From assembly GCA_001600815.1 (NCBI GenBank), contig BCKZ01000023.1, positions 248,001 to 312,000 on the forward strand: a DNA stretch of 64,000 nt. The letters are read 5' to 3'. This DNA is from Alloascoidea hylecoeti (taxonomy: Eukaryota). The position numbers were made by a program, and so were the translations under genes. This document shows, piece by piece, positions 34,663 to 48,610 of the stretch (its first letter is position 1; each line of letters starts with the position of its first letter). Under the pieces are notes generated by a model. It searched no databases and was not told where the DNA came from. It worked only from the letters and a program-made list of their open reading frames with translations.

Positions 34663-35114
34663 ACAGCTAGTATTATTACAAATTTATTGGCTCGGGATAT
34701 TCAGTCTGAATAATCCAAATATTCTCTTTAGATCTTTCTTTAGCTTATTTAAATTCAGATTAACTACTAGTACACGTGTTTCCTTTATGCCACTAATTAT
34801 AAAAGGTCCTCATATCATCTCTTATGATTTACAGCCTGCACAGGTTCTAAAATATTGATCGTAAGATCAAGTATGTATATATTAACTATGTATGGTACCA
34901 ATACTAAGATACTATCTAATAAAAAAGATCACCCTTCAAAATAAACCCCAAAACAAAAACTGACTATCATATGCGTTAATTATTATTTATTCCTATAGCG
35001 AATAATTGGACTTATAATATATCATTAATCAAACTTAGTGACAAATTCATCAACACCCTTAATATGTTTTTATTAGATAAAAAGCTTTGTTGCCTGTACT
35101 AATTCATATAATAA

Positions 35115-36311
35115 TTAACATCTTTCAGGAATTTCATATTCTCTTTGACCTTCAGTGTTAAGCAACACAACAGTTTTATTAGAATCAAGGATTCCAGCTT
35201 CTCTTAGTTCATGATAATATTTATCTATACCAGCCAGTGTAGCTGCACCACATGGGCCAGCATAAACTCCGTATTTTGATAATTCAAGAACAGCTTGATG
35301 TGATTCCCAATCGGAAATTAGAACAGAGCATCTAACACCATTTCTCAATACAGGCCAAGCAATGTTTGATATTGTAGGACAATTAAGACCATCCATGATT
35401 GTATGGGGTTCTCCAGGAACAGTGATAGACTTACCAGCGTGAAGGGATTGATTTACAGAATATGAGGTTTCTGGCTCAACAATCATAACAGATGTTTTTC
35501 TTCCGTTTAAAGGATATTGTTTTTGTTTATAATATGAAGTGACGGATTGAGGAAATGTTCCAGCACCACAAGGAGAAATAACCAAGTCAGCGATAGCATC
35601 TTTATCCCCCAGCGCTTCTTTTAGTTGATCATCAACTTCCTCGAACATTGTTTTATAACCGTCTACGATCCATTGTGGAATTTTTGCATCACTTCCAGGT
35701 CCAGTTGTATCTTGGATTAAAAATCCTTCATTTTTTTTATATGCTTTTGCAACAGCGCATGCAACCCTTAAAGAATCATCATAAGTTCCATCAATTTCAT
35801 GAACTTTGATAGAACCTGCAGGTCTTCCTTTCATTTCACCAAGTATGTTGTTTCTAGCAGGAATGGGGACATATTTGGGAACAAATATTTCACATTTTAT
35901 TTGAAAAACTCTGGCCATTCTGGCAACAGCACGTCCATGATTACCATCTGTAGTAGCAACAAGTGTAACATTAGGTCCTCCAATTCGGTGAACAGTTTTA
36001 ATGAGATCTTCTAATGAAGTTGACAAAGGTAAGTTGAAAGCATCTGTAAGTGTTCTGAAGACTCCCCAACTAGCGCCTAATAATTTGAAAGAAGGAAGAC
36101 CCATTCTATTAGCTTCATTTTTGAGAAAGACATGCTTAACACCAAGAAGTTTGGCAATTTCTGGTAAAGGAACTAAAGGTGTTATCTCATAGCCAGGGAA
36201 TGATTCATGAAATTTCCTTATATTTTTTTGTGATTCTAGCTCAGAAGGAGAAGGCTTGTAAACCCAGTTATCAGCAGAATGGTTGATATAAACAGATTTT
36301 GTGACAGTCAT
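35115..36311 (-). CDS. Diaminopropionate ammonia-lyase family PLP fold-type II enzyme
   Basis: FHESFPGY..TPL, KNE.NRMGLPSFKLLGASW, TDGNHGRAVA, IQDT, TIMDGLNC, GPCGAA, LLNTEG. Confidence 0.85.
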   Translation of the reverse strand: MTVTKSVYINHSADNWVYKPSPSELESQKNIRKFHESFPGYEITPLVPLPEIAKLLGVKHVFLKNEANRMGLPSFKLLGASWGVFRTLTDAFNLPLSTSLEDLIKTVHRIGGPNVTLVATTDGNHGRAVARMARVFQIKCEIFVPKYVPIPARNNILGEMKGRPAGSIKVHEIDGTYDDSLRVACAVAKAYKKNEGFLIQDTTGPGSDAKIPQWIVDGYKTMFEEVDDQLKEALGDKDAIADLVISPCGAGTFPQSVTSYYKQKQYPLNGRKTSVMIVEPETSYSVNQSLHAGKSITVPGEPHTIMDGLNCPTISNIAWPVLRNGVRCSVLISDWESHQAVLELSKYGVYAGPCGAATLAGIDKYYHELREAGILDSNKTVVLLNTEGQREYEIPERC

Positions 36312-36406
36312 TATTAATTGTAGATGTTAATTTAATTGATTAGAAAAAATCAGAGTAATTATAAAGACAATTTTCTTGTTTTAAATAGTTTACTATTACT
36401 TCTTGC

Positions 36407-36637
36407 TCACCGAGTCAGTCTAATTATAGTAGCTGGTTAGTGATGATGCTACGCACACTTTTAAAGAGGTTTTTTATTTTAATTTCACCGAGTCAAGGAC
36501 AATGAAGTCCGATGAAATGAAATAACTGTTTTTCTACACATTAAATTTCAACATGAACTTTATAAGTTGCTCCACAATCCAAAATTATTGGTTGCTGACT
36601 CGGTGACATCTCATTGTCGAGTTTCTTATCTGATAAG
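36407..36637. promoter_or_regulatory. Three copies of TCACCGAGTCA plus an inverted GATA pair upstream of the lyase
   Basis: 36407-36417, 36485-36495 and reverse copy 36596-36606; CTTATC-T-GATAAG at 36625-36637. Confidence 0.65.
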
Positions 36638-39600
36638 CCGATATCAATCAACCTTGAAATAAATTGTTGCTCCCATACACTTCCATTTAAACCTTAATTC
36701 GAATTATATTCAATTTGCTCCCATACTTTAATACTCATCTTCTTACATGATGAATAATTATATCACCGTTATTTAAATATGCTATAGAAGAATTCAATTT
36801 TAATGATATATGAAATCAATATTCATTATCTGAAACTTGCAATTGATAATGAGTACTATTTATAGAAAGATAAGAAAATTGAGCCTTGAGTTTACAGTTT
36901 ATAAATTGATAATAGAAACATTTTCAAATGACATGAAATAATATAAAGTCTTATAAGGCTTATGGTTCTACAATCTACAACGACAGCCTTACGTACAATT
37001 ACATGTGTGTCTGGTGATGATTATAAGTACGTTAACATTAATATTGATATCTTGAGCCAGGTGTGTTTAAAATATTCTTCAATTAATTCGTGTAACGGAA
37101 CTCTAGAAATTTTCACTCATAATCCTTAAGGCTATGTAGTACTTCCAGTGGGCATTCTTCTCGATATCGGTCCATAAGGTTATAGTGTTTCTATCTAAGT
37201 TCTGCCACTTTTCAATTAAATATTCGCCCAAGTAATTCACTAACATTAACGTTAAACCATGTAAAAAACTAAATATTTGACCACACGACGCACTAAACAT
37301 TTTGGGTTGAATGGCCGGTAATTATTCATAAATATGGTCGATTATCTTAGCTAAGTGGAAACCCTGCATCATCCTCTCGAATATGTGTAAAAATTGTTTA
37401 TACAACTGGTAAAAATAATATTAAATATCCAATAAAAGCTTCGAATATAAAAAGCTATAGTTTGTTCGAATTTGTATGTTAACATATACTATATAGCTGA
37501 TTATAAAGTGAATTTCTCAGATTATTTTGGATAATAATGTTTTAAGTTAATTTCGGCATGATGATCAAACTATTTCGCTATTGTGAAGATATAATATCGG
37601 TGAAGGTATAAAAATATTTGGGCCCATTCCACAAGTGTTCTTGTTGAGTGTATGTGTATAATTTTTCAGCGGATATTTTTCTTAGAGAGAATAATTATCG
37701 GTAAAGATGAGAACTAGAGAAGCCAGGAGACTACATTAGATTCTAGAATTAGGACTCAGGTCTGTCCACTCTCGCTCTAGTACATATACGAGTAATTACA
37801 AAAGATTATTCTTTCCAATTGCAACAATGAAACTTTACCGGATTGGGACAATTATAAACTTGCTGCCGATTAATCACTCAACAGCTTATCAAAGACTATG
37901 AACAACTCCTACCAGAAGCACTTGTTGAATGTTGATCCAGTATGTACGAACGTAAAAGGCAAAATAAAATCGAATAATCTTATATTATTTAAGGAAGGAT
38001 ATCGCTCGTATATTTATAGATACTATCTAAAATGCAGGGTGACTAGTAGTACATGAAACAATTATCAATGTGCTAATGATATATTCTCACTGTATTATCT
38101 ATTAGGTGATACGACTTTAACAGAAACTCTCTAGCTACATAACTATTTCGTTTGTGTAAAGATAGGTTTATTCCCCCTTTAATAGAAAGATAATTAAGTT
38201 CTCCCTTTATAACCTTACAATATCCATAACATATTCCTATAATCAAAAATTGATGAGTAGCGCTATTAGCTACTACATATGGAAATAAACAGTTCCATCA
38301 CAAACTGAACTCGAAATTAACAGAAAATACACTTCTAACTAACAATGTACACACTATAGAGAGTCTATACCAGCTGTAGGCCTATAGTTACAAGCTCACA
38401 ACTTACACTAATTATGGACCACAGTAAACAAGAAACAATTTGTTAATGTACAATCAAATTGGCCTTAACTAATTCACAATAAGCTTGAACTGATACATAG
38501 TAGTACCAATCATATTATGAAATTAAACCAATATCTTAGTTTGTCATGTTCCATTTACGTAGTCTAGGCCCACTGGCTGGTAATATTCTGATCATGAAGT
38601 AAGACNAATTGGATCATACCTTAATTAATACAAATATTTTTGTGTTTAGCATAGCCATGCTGCTGTAAGTGTACCTATTAAAACTTATAGGGGTTATTAA
38701 CCTCTAAATATAAAGTTATTCGTTTCCACTCTCAATATTTGGCACTAATATCAAAATATTTCTTCAAGTGACTAAAAACCGGTACATACGTATTTTATAT
38801 GTAACATTTACATATTTATGTAACAATAATATTAACAATATTGCTTAAAATCCAGTTGTTCTACATAAAACATGTAGCGCTAGATATAAGCTTAAGGATA
38901 TATGTATTATGTATGTATCTGATCGAACAATTGTAATATACATATAATTACAATAATCCATATACACATGTATAAGTAAAAACCTTAAACTATTATATAG
39001 TCAATTGAAGCTGTTACACTTGACTTGTATTTATTCCTAATTCAGTTGAGATTTGGAAAAATCTGATAGTAGAAAAATAGTGGCCCAGACGAACTACTAC
39101 AGTCACTGAAGTGCTCACAATAGAATTATTCAATCGATTAAAGCTTGGTATAATTTGAGATTCAACAAATTAAAGTTTGCTTAGCACATAAAAAGTACTC
39201 ATAAGGCGTAACCGCAGCTGTAGGATTTTATCCGTAGTTAATTAAGCTTCCTTTTCTCCGTTTCCTACCGCGGTTGTTCTTGTAATTGGTCATATTTATA
39301 AGCTTAAGTAAGCTGTAGTATAATGAGTATTGTGAAAATTTAATGAAATGTATCGCGATTCACTATAAGACTTTTGTGTTTGATGCATCGGACTCTACCC
39401 TTGTTACTACGATATGACATTTATACTAACAAATATTAATAATAGTCTTCTTATAGCGCTAGCTACATTACGATATTTCCAAATAGATTTAAATACTAAA
39501 CTAAATAATCTAATCAATTATATCAAGTGTCTAAACAAACTAGTAGCTGTAAATTCTTTTCAGCTCCATTTTCTTTCTCAATAAATAATATAAATATAAT

Positions 39601-41640
39601 AGGTATAACTTTACCTGAAGATAATAAAAAAACAGATTAGAAATTTAAATAAACAAGTGTTTAATACTTATTATTAAAGCCAAATGTTATAATATAAATG
39701 TTCACGATATCTCCAACAATAGAGTTTTTTATATATAAAGATATACCTGTATATATTACTTTTAGATCGCGGAGATGCCCATCATTATACTATATATATG
39801 CATAGTACACCGCAGATGGATTTTATGTTTCCAGACTTCATGACAACGTTTATAATTAACTGACATGAATGCCTAGCTCAATTCATTATTATTTCTTTAA
39901 AAATTTGGTATATCCATGTTAACATTGAAATAAATAATCGCATGTTTCGTATATTTCCATATATATCTCTCAGATTATCTCTATATATATTATATATGTA
40001 TAAACATTAAACTATCATGTGAGTTCATAGCCACGAATACTTGTAAATATATAAATCAGGAATCTTTTTTCATAATATACTTGCTGATGTTACATTTCTC
40101 ATAATTAGGTGTCATATTTTTTTTTGCAGGCCTAAGAAGTTTGTATTCAAATATATTCAAATTTATAACTACATATATCTCAGAGCAAGTTATCTCATTT
40201 AAGTAAATTAAAGCGCCCGTTAGAACCAGTTATTTAGATCTTAAATTTACCAGTTTATAATTATTTTATGCGTTATATTACTGAATAATTCGATCAATTG
40301 CAATGGGCTGGCTTTTCAAATACTGCCCCTAAATTAGTTAATTTAAAAACGGAAAACTGTTTCCATATCTGTAATACTGTATGACTAATATGAATATAAA
40401 CTAGATTTGAATTTCTAGAAAAAGAAACGAAGAAGGGTGAATGTCAAGCACGGTACCATATATCTTGTACTGGTAATGCTGTATATGCATATCTTGATTT
40501 GACTAAAAAGGTAATCTAGAACTTTAACGTTATATTATAATATTAAAATCAATGCATATGTCAACCATCATGGATAACATATTATAATAGTAATATTATT
40601 GTGTATGACTTCTATATATAGAGTTAGGACTTAGGAGTTCTAATCTCGTGCTATAGTCCTATATATATAATAGAGACCTAAAATATAACTTCACTAATCT
40701 AAATATACCAATTAATGAGAAATGAAAAAGTGCTAGGCATTAAACTACATTATACTATAAGTTGCAAATATTCATTAATTTCAATTTTATTGGGTTTAGT
40801 AACAATCGCCAGTTCAGGAAATCATCTAGATCTCTGCTGAACGACGCCAAATGCTTGTACAACCTTTAAAATAAAAATACTACAGTATCATATTCTCCTG
40901 CGTCCAACATAAGATAAGTACCTTGTATAGGCATTGATTGGGAAATAAATAAATTTGTTCAATTTTTAAAAATGCTTTAGTTATGTGCTTGCGGTTGTTA
41001 TGAAACTTACCTTATAGGGCTATATATCTGTTATTCTTGATCTGTTTATTATGATTTAAAGGAATGAACCATCTTTAAATATACAAGGAGGTTAATTTTT
41101 GCTGTACATAGTTAAGTTCTGGAATATGGACTAAATAATCAATATTGATCCTTGGTAATGAGATGATTCTTGATTTACAGTGGTAAGATTAGCTATCCAT
41201 TAGATCCATTACCCATCTCACTCACTCAGCCACAGGCATTCCGTAGCTTAACTTATATAATTTTGATACTTTAAATACTTTATTCTAATTTTATTTACTC
41301 ATACTTAAAAAAACCTTGGATATTTCTATTGTTGTGCGATTGGGGGATGAAATTGTAAGGACGCATTAAAAGTTTTAATGCTTTGCAGCTGTAGCCTTGT
41401 TATGATATCTGTAGTAGATTCTGTACTAGGGTAAAAATGCGATACTTCATCAACGCTCAAAACACATATAGGAGAGCTGCAGATGCCTTCAATAGTATGC
41501 TGATTATATAATTCATATAATTAAATTGATGTTTAATACGTTTATTTCTTTAATTCCATGGCTTCTGTTACTACTTTTTCTTTTCTTCACTTCCCAGTTT
41601 CATTTGATCCAAAAAACTTCAAATATATGAATAATTTCCA

Positions 41641-43182
41641 ATGCTAGTTCCTAGTTGTAGTTTGGACCATAATTTAAGGGTTACTGGTGATGACCACCAA
41701 TCTGTTCCCTCGACGGGAACTATCGCTCCTTTCCCGCCAAGCAATACCAATGAATGCTATTCAAGTTATAGCGTGAATGGTTTCCAACAACCACTTTCTA
41801 ATACACATCTTCAACTCCCAGAATTCTCAGGTAATATAGAATTATCCTCTTCAAATACAAATATGAATATCAATCACAAACTAGAAGTTTCGGATATATC
41901 TGTCTATCAACCTCCAGTCGGTTTTATTCTAGGGAATTCACAAACAAATAGTTCTTTCTTAGAAGTTTTCAACACATGTACAGATTCATTTCAATATCCA
42001 ACACCTGTGAATCCTAAGAATCTGAAAGAGACTAATATCAATACTACCACGATATTGAATCTGACTCCAACAAATTCAAATTCAAATATTAATACAAAAA
42101 TACCAGATTCAAGATTGTTAGTAACGCCGATATCGAGACCAATATCAGATACAAGGAAGACTGAAAATTATCAGTCCGAGACAATCAATAAAGCCTTGCA
42201 ACTTAAGTCGCAGCTTGATTATTTATATGCAAACGAAAGAAACTTATTAATTGACCCTGGTTTTGACTTGCAAAAAGAAGCAGGAAAACAATCTCAGTTA
42301 GTTCTTCCAATTAATAATGGCCAAAGAGCAATTGAGGCTCATTATGGAGTATATCAAAATCAGGCTAAAACTACCAATGAGTGCTCGCTGGGCATGAAAC
42401 TCAATTATAATACTAGTGTTAATAATGAACCACCTCTAGAATTAAGCAACATGATCAATAAGAAGGATGATAGTATAAGTTTGAAAGAATCGGCCTATAG
42501 CTATCCAGAGAATTCAATAGAACAATCACGGATAACCGCTTTTCAAAATACTAAAATGCAACTACAACAACCAGTGCTTACTAACGATATTAATGGATCA
42601 TGCCAGCTGCAAAGGGTAACAGCTGCAACACCACAAAATCTCGGTTATAACTATTCCTTCTCGTCCGGAAGAACTCACGATCCTTCAAAGTACCCACCAT
42701 TTACACTTCCAAATTATCCCACCATAAGTGGAATTAAAGAAACCTATTTATCGACAGTGCCGGTAAGTTATAATTTTATTAATGAAGTTAATTCTACGAA
42801 GCAGTTCACTTTGTACCAACAAATTCAGAGAAATCCTATTATATGGGACAAAATTCACAGTCGGAACAAAAAAGGTGTTTATAAATGTAATCATTGTCCA
42901 AAAACATTTACTAAACTTGATCAATTTGCAAAACATTTGGATGAAAATAAAGTCGTGAGACCTTTCAAGTGTAGAGATCGGGCTTGCCCATGGAGTATTA
43001 TAGGCTTGAATAGTTCTGGTGAGTTAAGAAGGCATCACAGGCACCAACATAATACATCTGGAACACAATATGAGTGCAAGTATTGTTCCAAAAAATTCAA
43101 TCGTTCAGACTCAGCCCAAAGACACCAAAAGTTAGTTCATGAGAATAAAAAATCTAGGTACAATAAATTTCAAAATAAATAA
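41641..43182 (+). CDS. RME1: Rme1-like C2H2 zinc-finger developmental regulator
   Basis: Three C-terminal fingers incl. FAKHLDE...RPFKC....CPWSIIG....ELRRH and F.RSDS..RH..LVHEN..SRYNK, typical of Rme1. Confidence 0.8.
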   Translation: MLVPSCSLDHNLRVTGDDHQSVPSTGTIAPFPPSNTNECYSSYSVNGFQQPLSNTHLQLPEFSGNIELSSSNTNMNINHKLEVSDISVYQPPVGFILGNSQTNSSFLEVFNTCTDSFQYPTPVNPKNLKETNINTTTILNLTPTNSNSNINTKIPDSRLLVTPISRPISDTRKTENYQSETINKALQLKSQLDYLYANERNLLIDPGFDLQKEAGKQSQLVLPINNGQRAIEAHYGVYQNQAKTTNECSLGMKLNYNTSVNNEPPLELSNMINKKDDSISLKESAYSYPENSIEQSRITAFQNTKMQLQQPVLTNDINGSCQLQRVTAATPQNLGYNYSFSSGRTHDPSKYPPFTLPNYPTISGIKETYLSTVPVSYNFINEVNSTKQFTLYQQIQRNPIIWDKIHSRNKKGVYKCNHCPKTFTKLDQFAKHLDENKVVRPFKCRDRACPWSIIGLNSSGELRRHHRHQHNTSGTQYECKYCSKKFNRSDSAQRHQKLVHENKKSRYNKFQNK

Positions 43183-46100
43183 CCAGTAAATATACGTATC
43201 CCCATTAGTATCAGTCAAATATATTTTCCAGTCTCTATATCACTGTAATTAATTTTCAGATTCAAAAGAATTGAGACCATCTAATATTTGTAAATTATAT
43301 ATATATATATATTCTGTCATAATATATATTTGCTCTACAAACTTAAAGAGACTTTGATGTGTATGTGACGACAGCCAGGTAAAGTTGCGCTTTTGTTTTT
43401 GGCTGCCGGTGACTCACTACTCCAAATAAAAATTGCAATATTATAACAAGCTAATTGAATATTCTACTGTGACTTAAACTGTTCTTAAAATATTGCATAA
43501 TGTTCCTTAAATTCTAGGGATACTAGTCTATATAACATGACATTTCAAAAGTAGTATTTGGTGCCTGGTCCTTAAAGTATCAAACGGATGCTTCTGCCTA
43601 TTTCAGCAATTGAGAAGCCATTTTACTTAGATTGCATAATTTAATCCACTTAGTTGGTTGATATTTCTTTTGAGAATTACACATACCTGAAATCTCGCTT
43701 ATCGTATCTAGAAGTCATTCTGTGATATATTTAAAAAGATGGCTTGGAGGAGCTGAAAAGGATGGGTAAAGTTGGGCTTGAAGCCTTGAACCGAATTTAC
43801 CAAGGTAGTTCGAACAACTTTGTAATAAACATTTCTATTTTTTATACTTGCGGTATAATAATTATAATTAAGATCTTCTTTTCTTCTTATATAATTAATT
43901 ATGCTGAATTTGAATAATCAGTTCATAAATTATAAGATTTAGACTATATATATGCATGCATTGCATATGCCTTTTTTTAATGAGATCTAGTTGTAAATTT
44001 ACCTAATAGGTGATGCATTGCATATAATTAATATTCTTAACATAAGTTCAAAATCATTAATTATATACAGTACAGTATTAGCGAGATCAGTGAGATCATT
44101 ATAAATAATTTATAATTAATTACATAATTTTATGACGGGTAATTAACATTGGCATAAGGCTAAAAGCTATAGTTTGGATTAAAATATTTCTTCAGCTATG
44201 AATATTCATCATGGATTGTTTCTTAATTATGAGGCTTTTTTGTATTTCCGCACTACGGAGCTCCATATATTTTTGGAATATTGTTTCTCATTTAATTTCG
44301 AAATTATCATAATTTATAAAGTGAAGACACTAATTAGGGTTCAAAAATATGTAAATTTTCATCCGTGACTTGCTATAGTATTAGTTCGTGTGTTTTTTAG
44401 CAGTAAAAAAAGATCAAGTTGAGTATAATAATTCATGAATCTTTCTGGATTGATCCCTTTCTTATTGTGTGTCGTTAACCGTTAAATAGCTCAGAAATAT
44501 TGATAGCAGTAAATGGGAAATGTGTAAGGTTACAGGTTTTTACACAAATTTGGTACTTTATGAGAAATAAATGGATAGTTTTTATAAGGGAATTATTTGT
44601 GGTAAACATGATCATTAAATGTAAAAGTCCTTGATTATTATTTTTGCTATTATGCATAGTGTCGACCTTTTGCTAACAGTACTGATTATGCTGTTAATAA
44701 TAGTGTATAACAAAACGAATTAATACTAGTCATGAATGACGATTTAGTTTTAGGTATTTTTGAACCCCACCTAATTAATGTTTTCATTCTATGATAATTT
44801 TGAAATGAGAAACAATAGCCATCGAACAAATTTAAACTGTATGACAATGATGACATGCATACTTTTACACATACGTCGATACGTGTATCTATCCGGCCTC
44901 TGGATAAAATGAGGTCATGAATTTGGCCACTTATGAACAATTGTGTTCACGTTCGTATCTTTAAATTTCATATACAGTCCTTCCATTTAATTTCAGCTGC
45001 CCTTTGAACTAAACAATCCGTGTATTTTAGTGATTCAACTGGCCTAACATTTAGGGCTTAGTTATTTGGTCCAAACTGCAGCCGAAATTAAACTGGAATG
45101 ACTGTATATTATTAATATTGAAAGCTATGAACAAAGAATAATACTTATACAGTTCAATTTCATACATAAATTTTACTTTTAATAAATATTTGTAGCTATG
45201 CATGGCAGAATATAATTGAATGTAAATAGGACAACACGATGTTGTGCACGCCAATAATAATCGTGGAGGTAAAAAAAAATAGCTTACATATTAATACAAA
45301 TGTAGATAAATCCAATTAAGAGTTTCTAGAATTATTGTAATTTGCAATATACAGGGTGATATATTTAAGGCCTAAACTTATATTAATTTAAACTTATTGT
45401 TCAGAACTAGTCTACCGTACTTTATAAAATTGAAATAAATCATATTCCCACATCTCAAATGAATAATACTAATCCTATTAGGACCACACGTATGAGAGGA
45501 AGCTTTGGGTGTATGAATATAAGAGTATGATAGCATTAAATATGGACTACCATTTGAGCGTTTCTATTTTTTCCATAATTCTAATAATCTAGGCCCATCC
45601 AACAGCTAGTTATAAAATGAAGACAATTGACTGCCTATAGCTAAATATATAAGAAGGAAATTCTGTTCTTTTCTTCTTCAATCTTATCCTACTTCAAGTT
45701 TTTTTTTTATGGCAGGGTATTTATCTCTCAAATTAAAACAAGTTTTCAGTTTAATTTCACCCTCGAAAGTTATCAAAGTTAACAATTTACTCCAATCTAA
45801 ATATTCAATTAACGTCTTGTTACTATCACTTATTTACACATTATAATTATCTAATACTCTCCCCATTCTCATGAAATTTTAGCATTCCTTCCACTAGTTT
45901 GAATTCGAATCTTTGTTACGCCCACATAATTGTAAACTAAAATATTAGACTTATAGTTTTATTTTTGATTACACGGTAAATGGAATATTAAAATTTACAA
46001 AAATAAGAACTGCAAAGTATACTAAAGAAGTTCTATTAATATAGATTAAATTTAATGTGTGTGTGAGATGAATAAAAAATAATCCATTTGAAAAAGGAAA

Positions 46101-47158
46101 TATATATTGGGTAGTAATTGCAATTTGAGCTTTCATCTGGATCTAACTCGAGCTCTAGAGATTATAAATACGTGTATCTACACATGTAGAGTCTACCTTA
46201 AGCTCGTATATAGAACTTGGACCTGGATTCTCTAACTAAATAATACTTAGAAATAATTAAATACATTTAAAGTTACAATATCTATCGATGTTGCCATACC
46301 TCGGATCAAACTCTTTGTAATCAAAAACGTCATCTATAAATATTATACGACATCTCGCTGAGCGGTAAAATTCAAATTGCAACAGGTTCAAGTGCCTTTT
46401 TTAATTTTCAATTGATAAGATGAAATCATGGATACATGAACCAAACCATTAAGTACTCTACTCTGCATCTGGGGAATCGAAATTCTATAAGTTAAAGGTC
46501 ATATTAATCGACCTGTAGATATACATTTTCAACCATAGATGATATATATTATAAATAAAGATTTAAACAACTTCAAGTTTTGAGATTGATAGATCGAGTT
46601 TGTGATGTGAACCAGCCATATTTGATACAACTGCAACACATTTTATGTATGTAGCCATTTGATGTATTAATTGCATAATTTCATTGGAAGCCAATTAAGT
46701 GAATAACTAGACTATGGATCAGGAGATCTTTATAATGATGATTAATAATTAATCGTTTCTCTTCGAGTGTTTTTATATCAAAGAGCTATATAATTTTGGA
46801 ATTAGTGGTACTCAATGATCAAGAATCATGATATCGATCTACATTTTGCGATTATTTGTATCAATATCAATTGCAAAGCGGTATTAAACGGTGATAATGC
46901 CATGTAAGTCCGAATATAGACTCATTTGCATCACGTGCATACCTTATATGGCTAGCGCAAGCACGTCATAATCTTATATCATTTCGTTTTGTGGAAAAAT
47001 ACTACAAGAAAATGTTAATTGGCTATCTTTTTATGTCTATCGGGTTCCTTGTATTTTCGGTAGATCAACTTATCTATATATAAGGTCCTGACATCAACGT
47101 TTTGAGAAATAAGTGTGAACCAATTGTGATATTTCACTAGCCCCATAAAACACCCATA

Positions 47159-48610
47159 ATGACAGTATCTTTAAAAGATTCAAAACATTCCAAAATTCAA
47201 TCAGTAGCAATCATTGGTGGAGGTGCCTCTGGTGCTGTGGCTCTTGATACATTAATAAAGCAAAGAGTATTTTCTAAAATAACCGTTTTTGAAAGAAGAA
47301 ATATTCTTGGGGGTATATGGAATTTAGATGAACATCCAGATAAATTAACTGTTCCTCCAGGAAGTGAGCCAGATGAATTAGATCCACCATTACCGGTACC
47401 AAGTTTTGAAAATGTTGATCCTGATGAAAATGGACAAAAAATTATTAAAAAGCCAAGTCCCAAGAAACAGAACTATCATCATACACCATCTTATGAAGGG
47501 ATGAGAACCAATATTCCGGAAAAATTAATGGCTTATAGTGATGTTCCTAGATGGCCTTATCTTGATCACCCAGAGCGTGATCCATTCACTACAATTGATG
47601 CTGTCCATCAGTATATTGATACCTATTTGAATAGACATCCAGAACATATTCAGAAGAGAACCACGGTGGAAAAATTAACAAAGATTGATGAGAAGTATGA
47701 ACTTATATTAAGAACACAAACTAATGAAAAGGATAAAGATGGAAATTTATTAGATAAATGGTGGAAAGATACATTCGATGCAATAATAGTAGCAACAGGC
47801 CACTACCATGTACCTCAAATTCCCGATGTCCCTGGTATAAAAGAAGTATACAAGGTTTTCCCCGAAAAGATTCAACATGCTAAGACATTTCGAAGTGCTG
47901 AGGGTTATAAAGATCAAACAGTGGTAGTTGTTGGATCTAGGGCTTCAGGAGCTGATATTACAAGACTGGTTTCCAAATTTGCAAAGGAAGTATATCAATC
48001 AACTAGATCACATTATACATCACAAAGAACTGTATTGCAAGATAATGTTTATGAAGAAGGAGTGATTACTAAATATGAGTTGTACGAAGACAAGAGTGGT
48101 TTCAGAATCCATTTTACTGGAGGTGATACTCTTGAAAATCCAGATGTTATCATTTATGGAACAGGATATTTCTTTTCATACCCTTTTTTGAGAGAACAGT
48201 ATCCAGATTTCACTGATGGCACAATTCTTCCTGAAACATTTCAGCATACTTTTTATACACCGGATCCTAAGATAACTACCATTGGAGTACCAACCGATGG
48301 AATCAGTTTTAGGTGCTTTGAATATCAAGCAGTGCTTGTGGCACGATATTATGCAGGAGAGATAGCCCTTCCATCTGACGAAGAACAAAGAAAATGGAGG
48401 GATAATCGGCTAAAAGATCACGGTAGCACCCGTAGCTATCATACCGTCGGATTCGAAGGAGCAGAACAATACTTCAAAGAACTAACGGCTTTAGGCGGTG
48501 GCGCGGGGCCGTTAACCCCAGGTGCGCGTGGTTTTCCAGTTTTCACCGAGGCCGACAGAAAGATTTGGCTTGATGCCAGAGTTCGTCTATTAAAGTTTTG
48601 GGATGCCTAG
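47159..48610 (+). CDS. Flavin-containing monooxygenase (Fmo1-like)
   Basis: GGGASG FAD motif, GGIW, RTNIP, VATGHYHVP.IP, HAKTFR, VVGSRASGAD. Confidence 0.9.
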   Translation: MTVSLKDSKHSKIQSVAIIGGGASGAVALDTLIKQRVFSKITVFERRNILGGIWNLDEHPDKLTVPPGSEPDELDPPLPVPSFENVDPDENGQKIIKKPSPKKQNYHHTPSYEGMRTNIPEKLMAYSDVPRWPYLDHPERDPFTTIDAVHQYIDTYLNRHPEHIQKRTTVEKLTKIDEKYELILRTQTNEKDKDGNLLDKWWKDTFDAIIVATGHYHVPQIPDVPGIKEVYKVFPEKIQHAKTFRSAEGYKDQTVVVVGSRASGADITRLVSKFAKEVYQSTRSHYTSQRTVLQDNVYEEGVITKYELYEDKSGFRIHFTGGDTLENPDVIIYGTGYFFSYPFLREQYPDFTDGTILPETFQHTFYTPDPKITTIGVPTDGISFRCFEYQAVLVARYYAGEIALPSDEEQRKWRDNRLKDHGSTRSYHTVGFEGAEQYFKELTALGGGAGPLTPGARGFPVFTEADRKIWLDARVRLLKFWDA

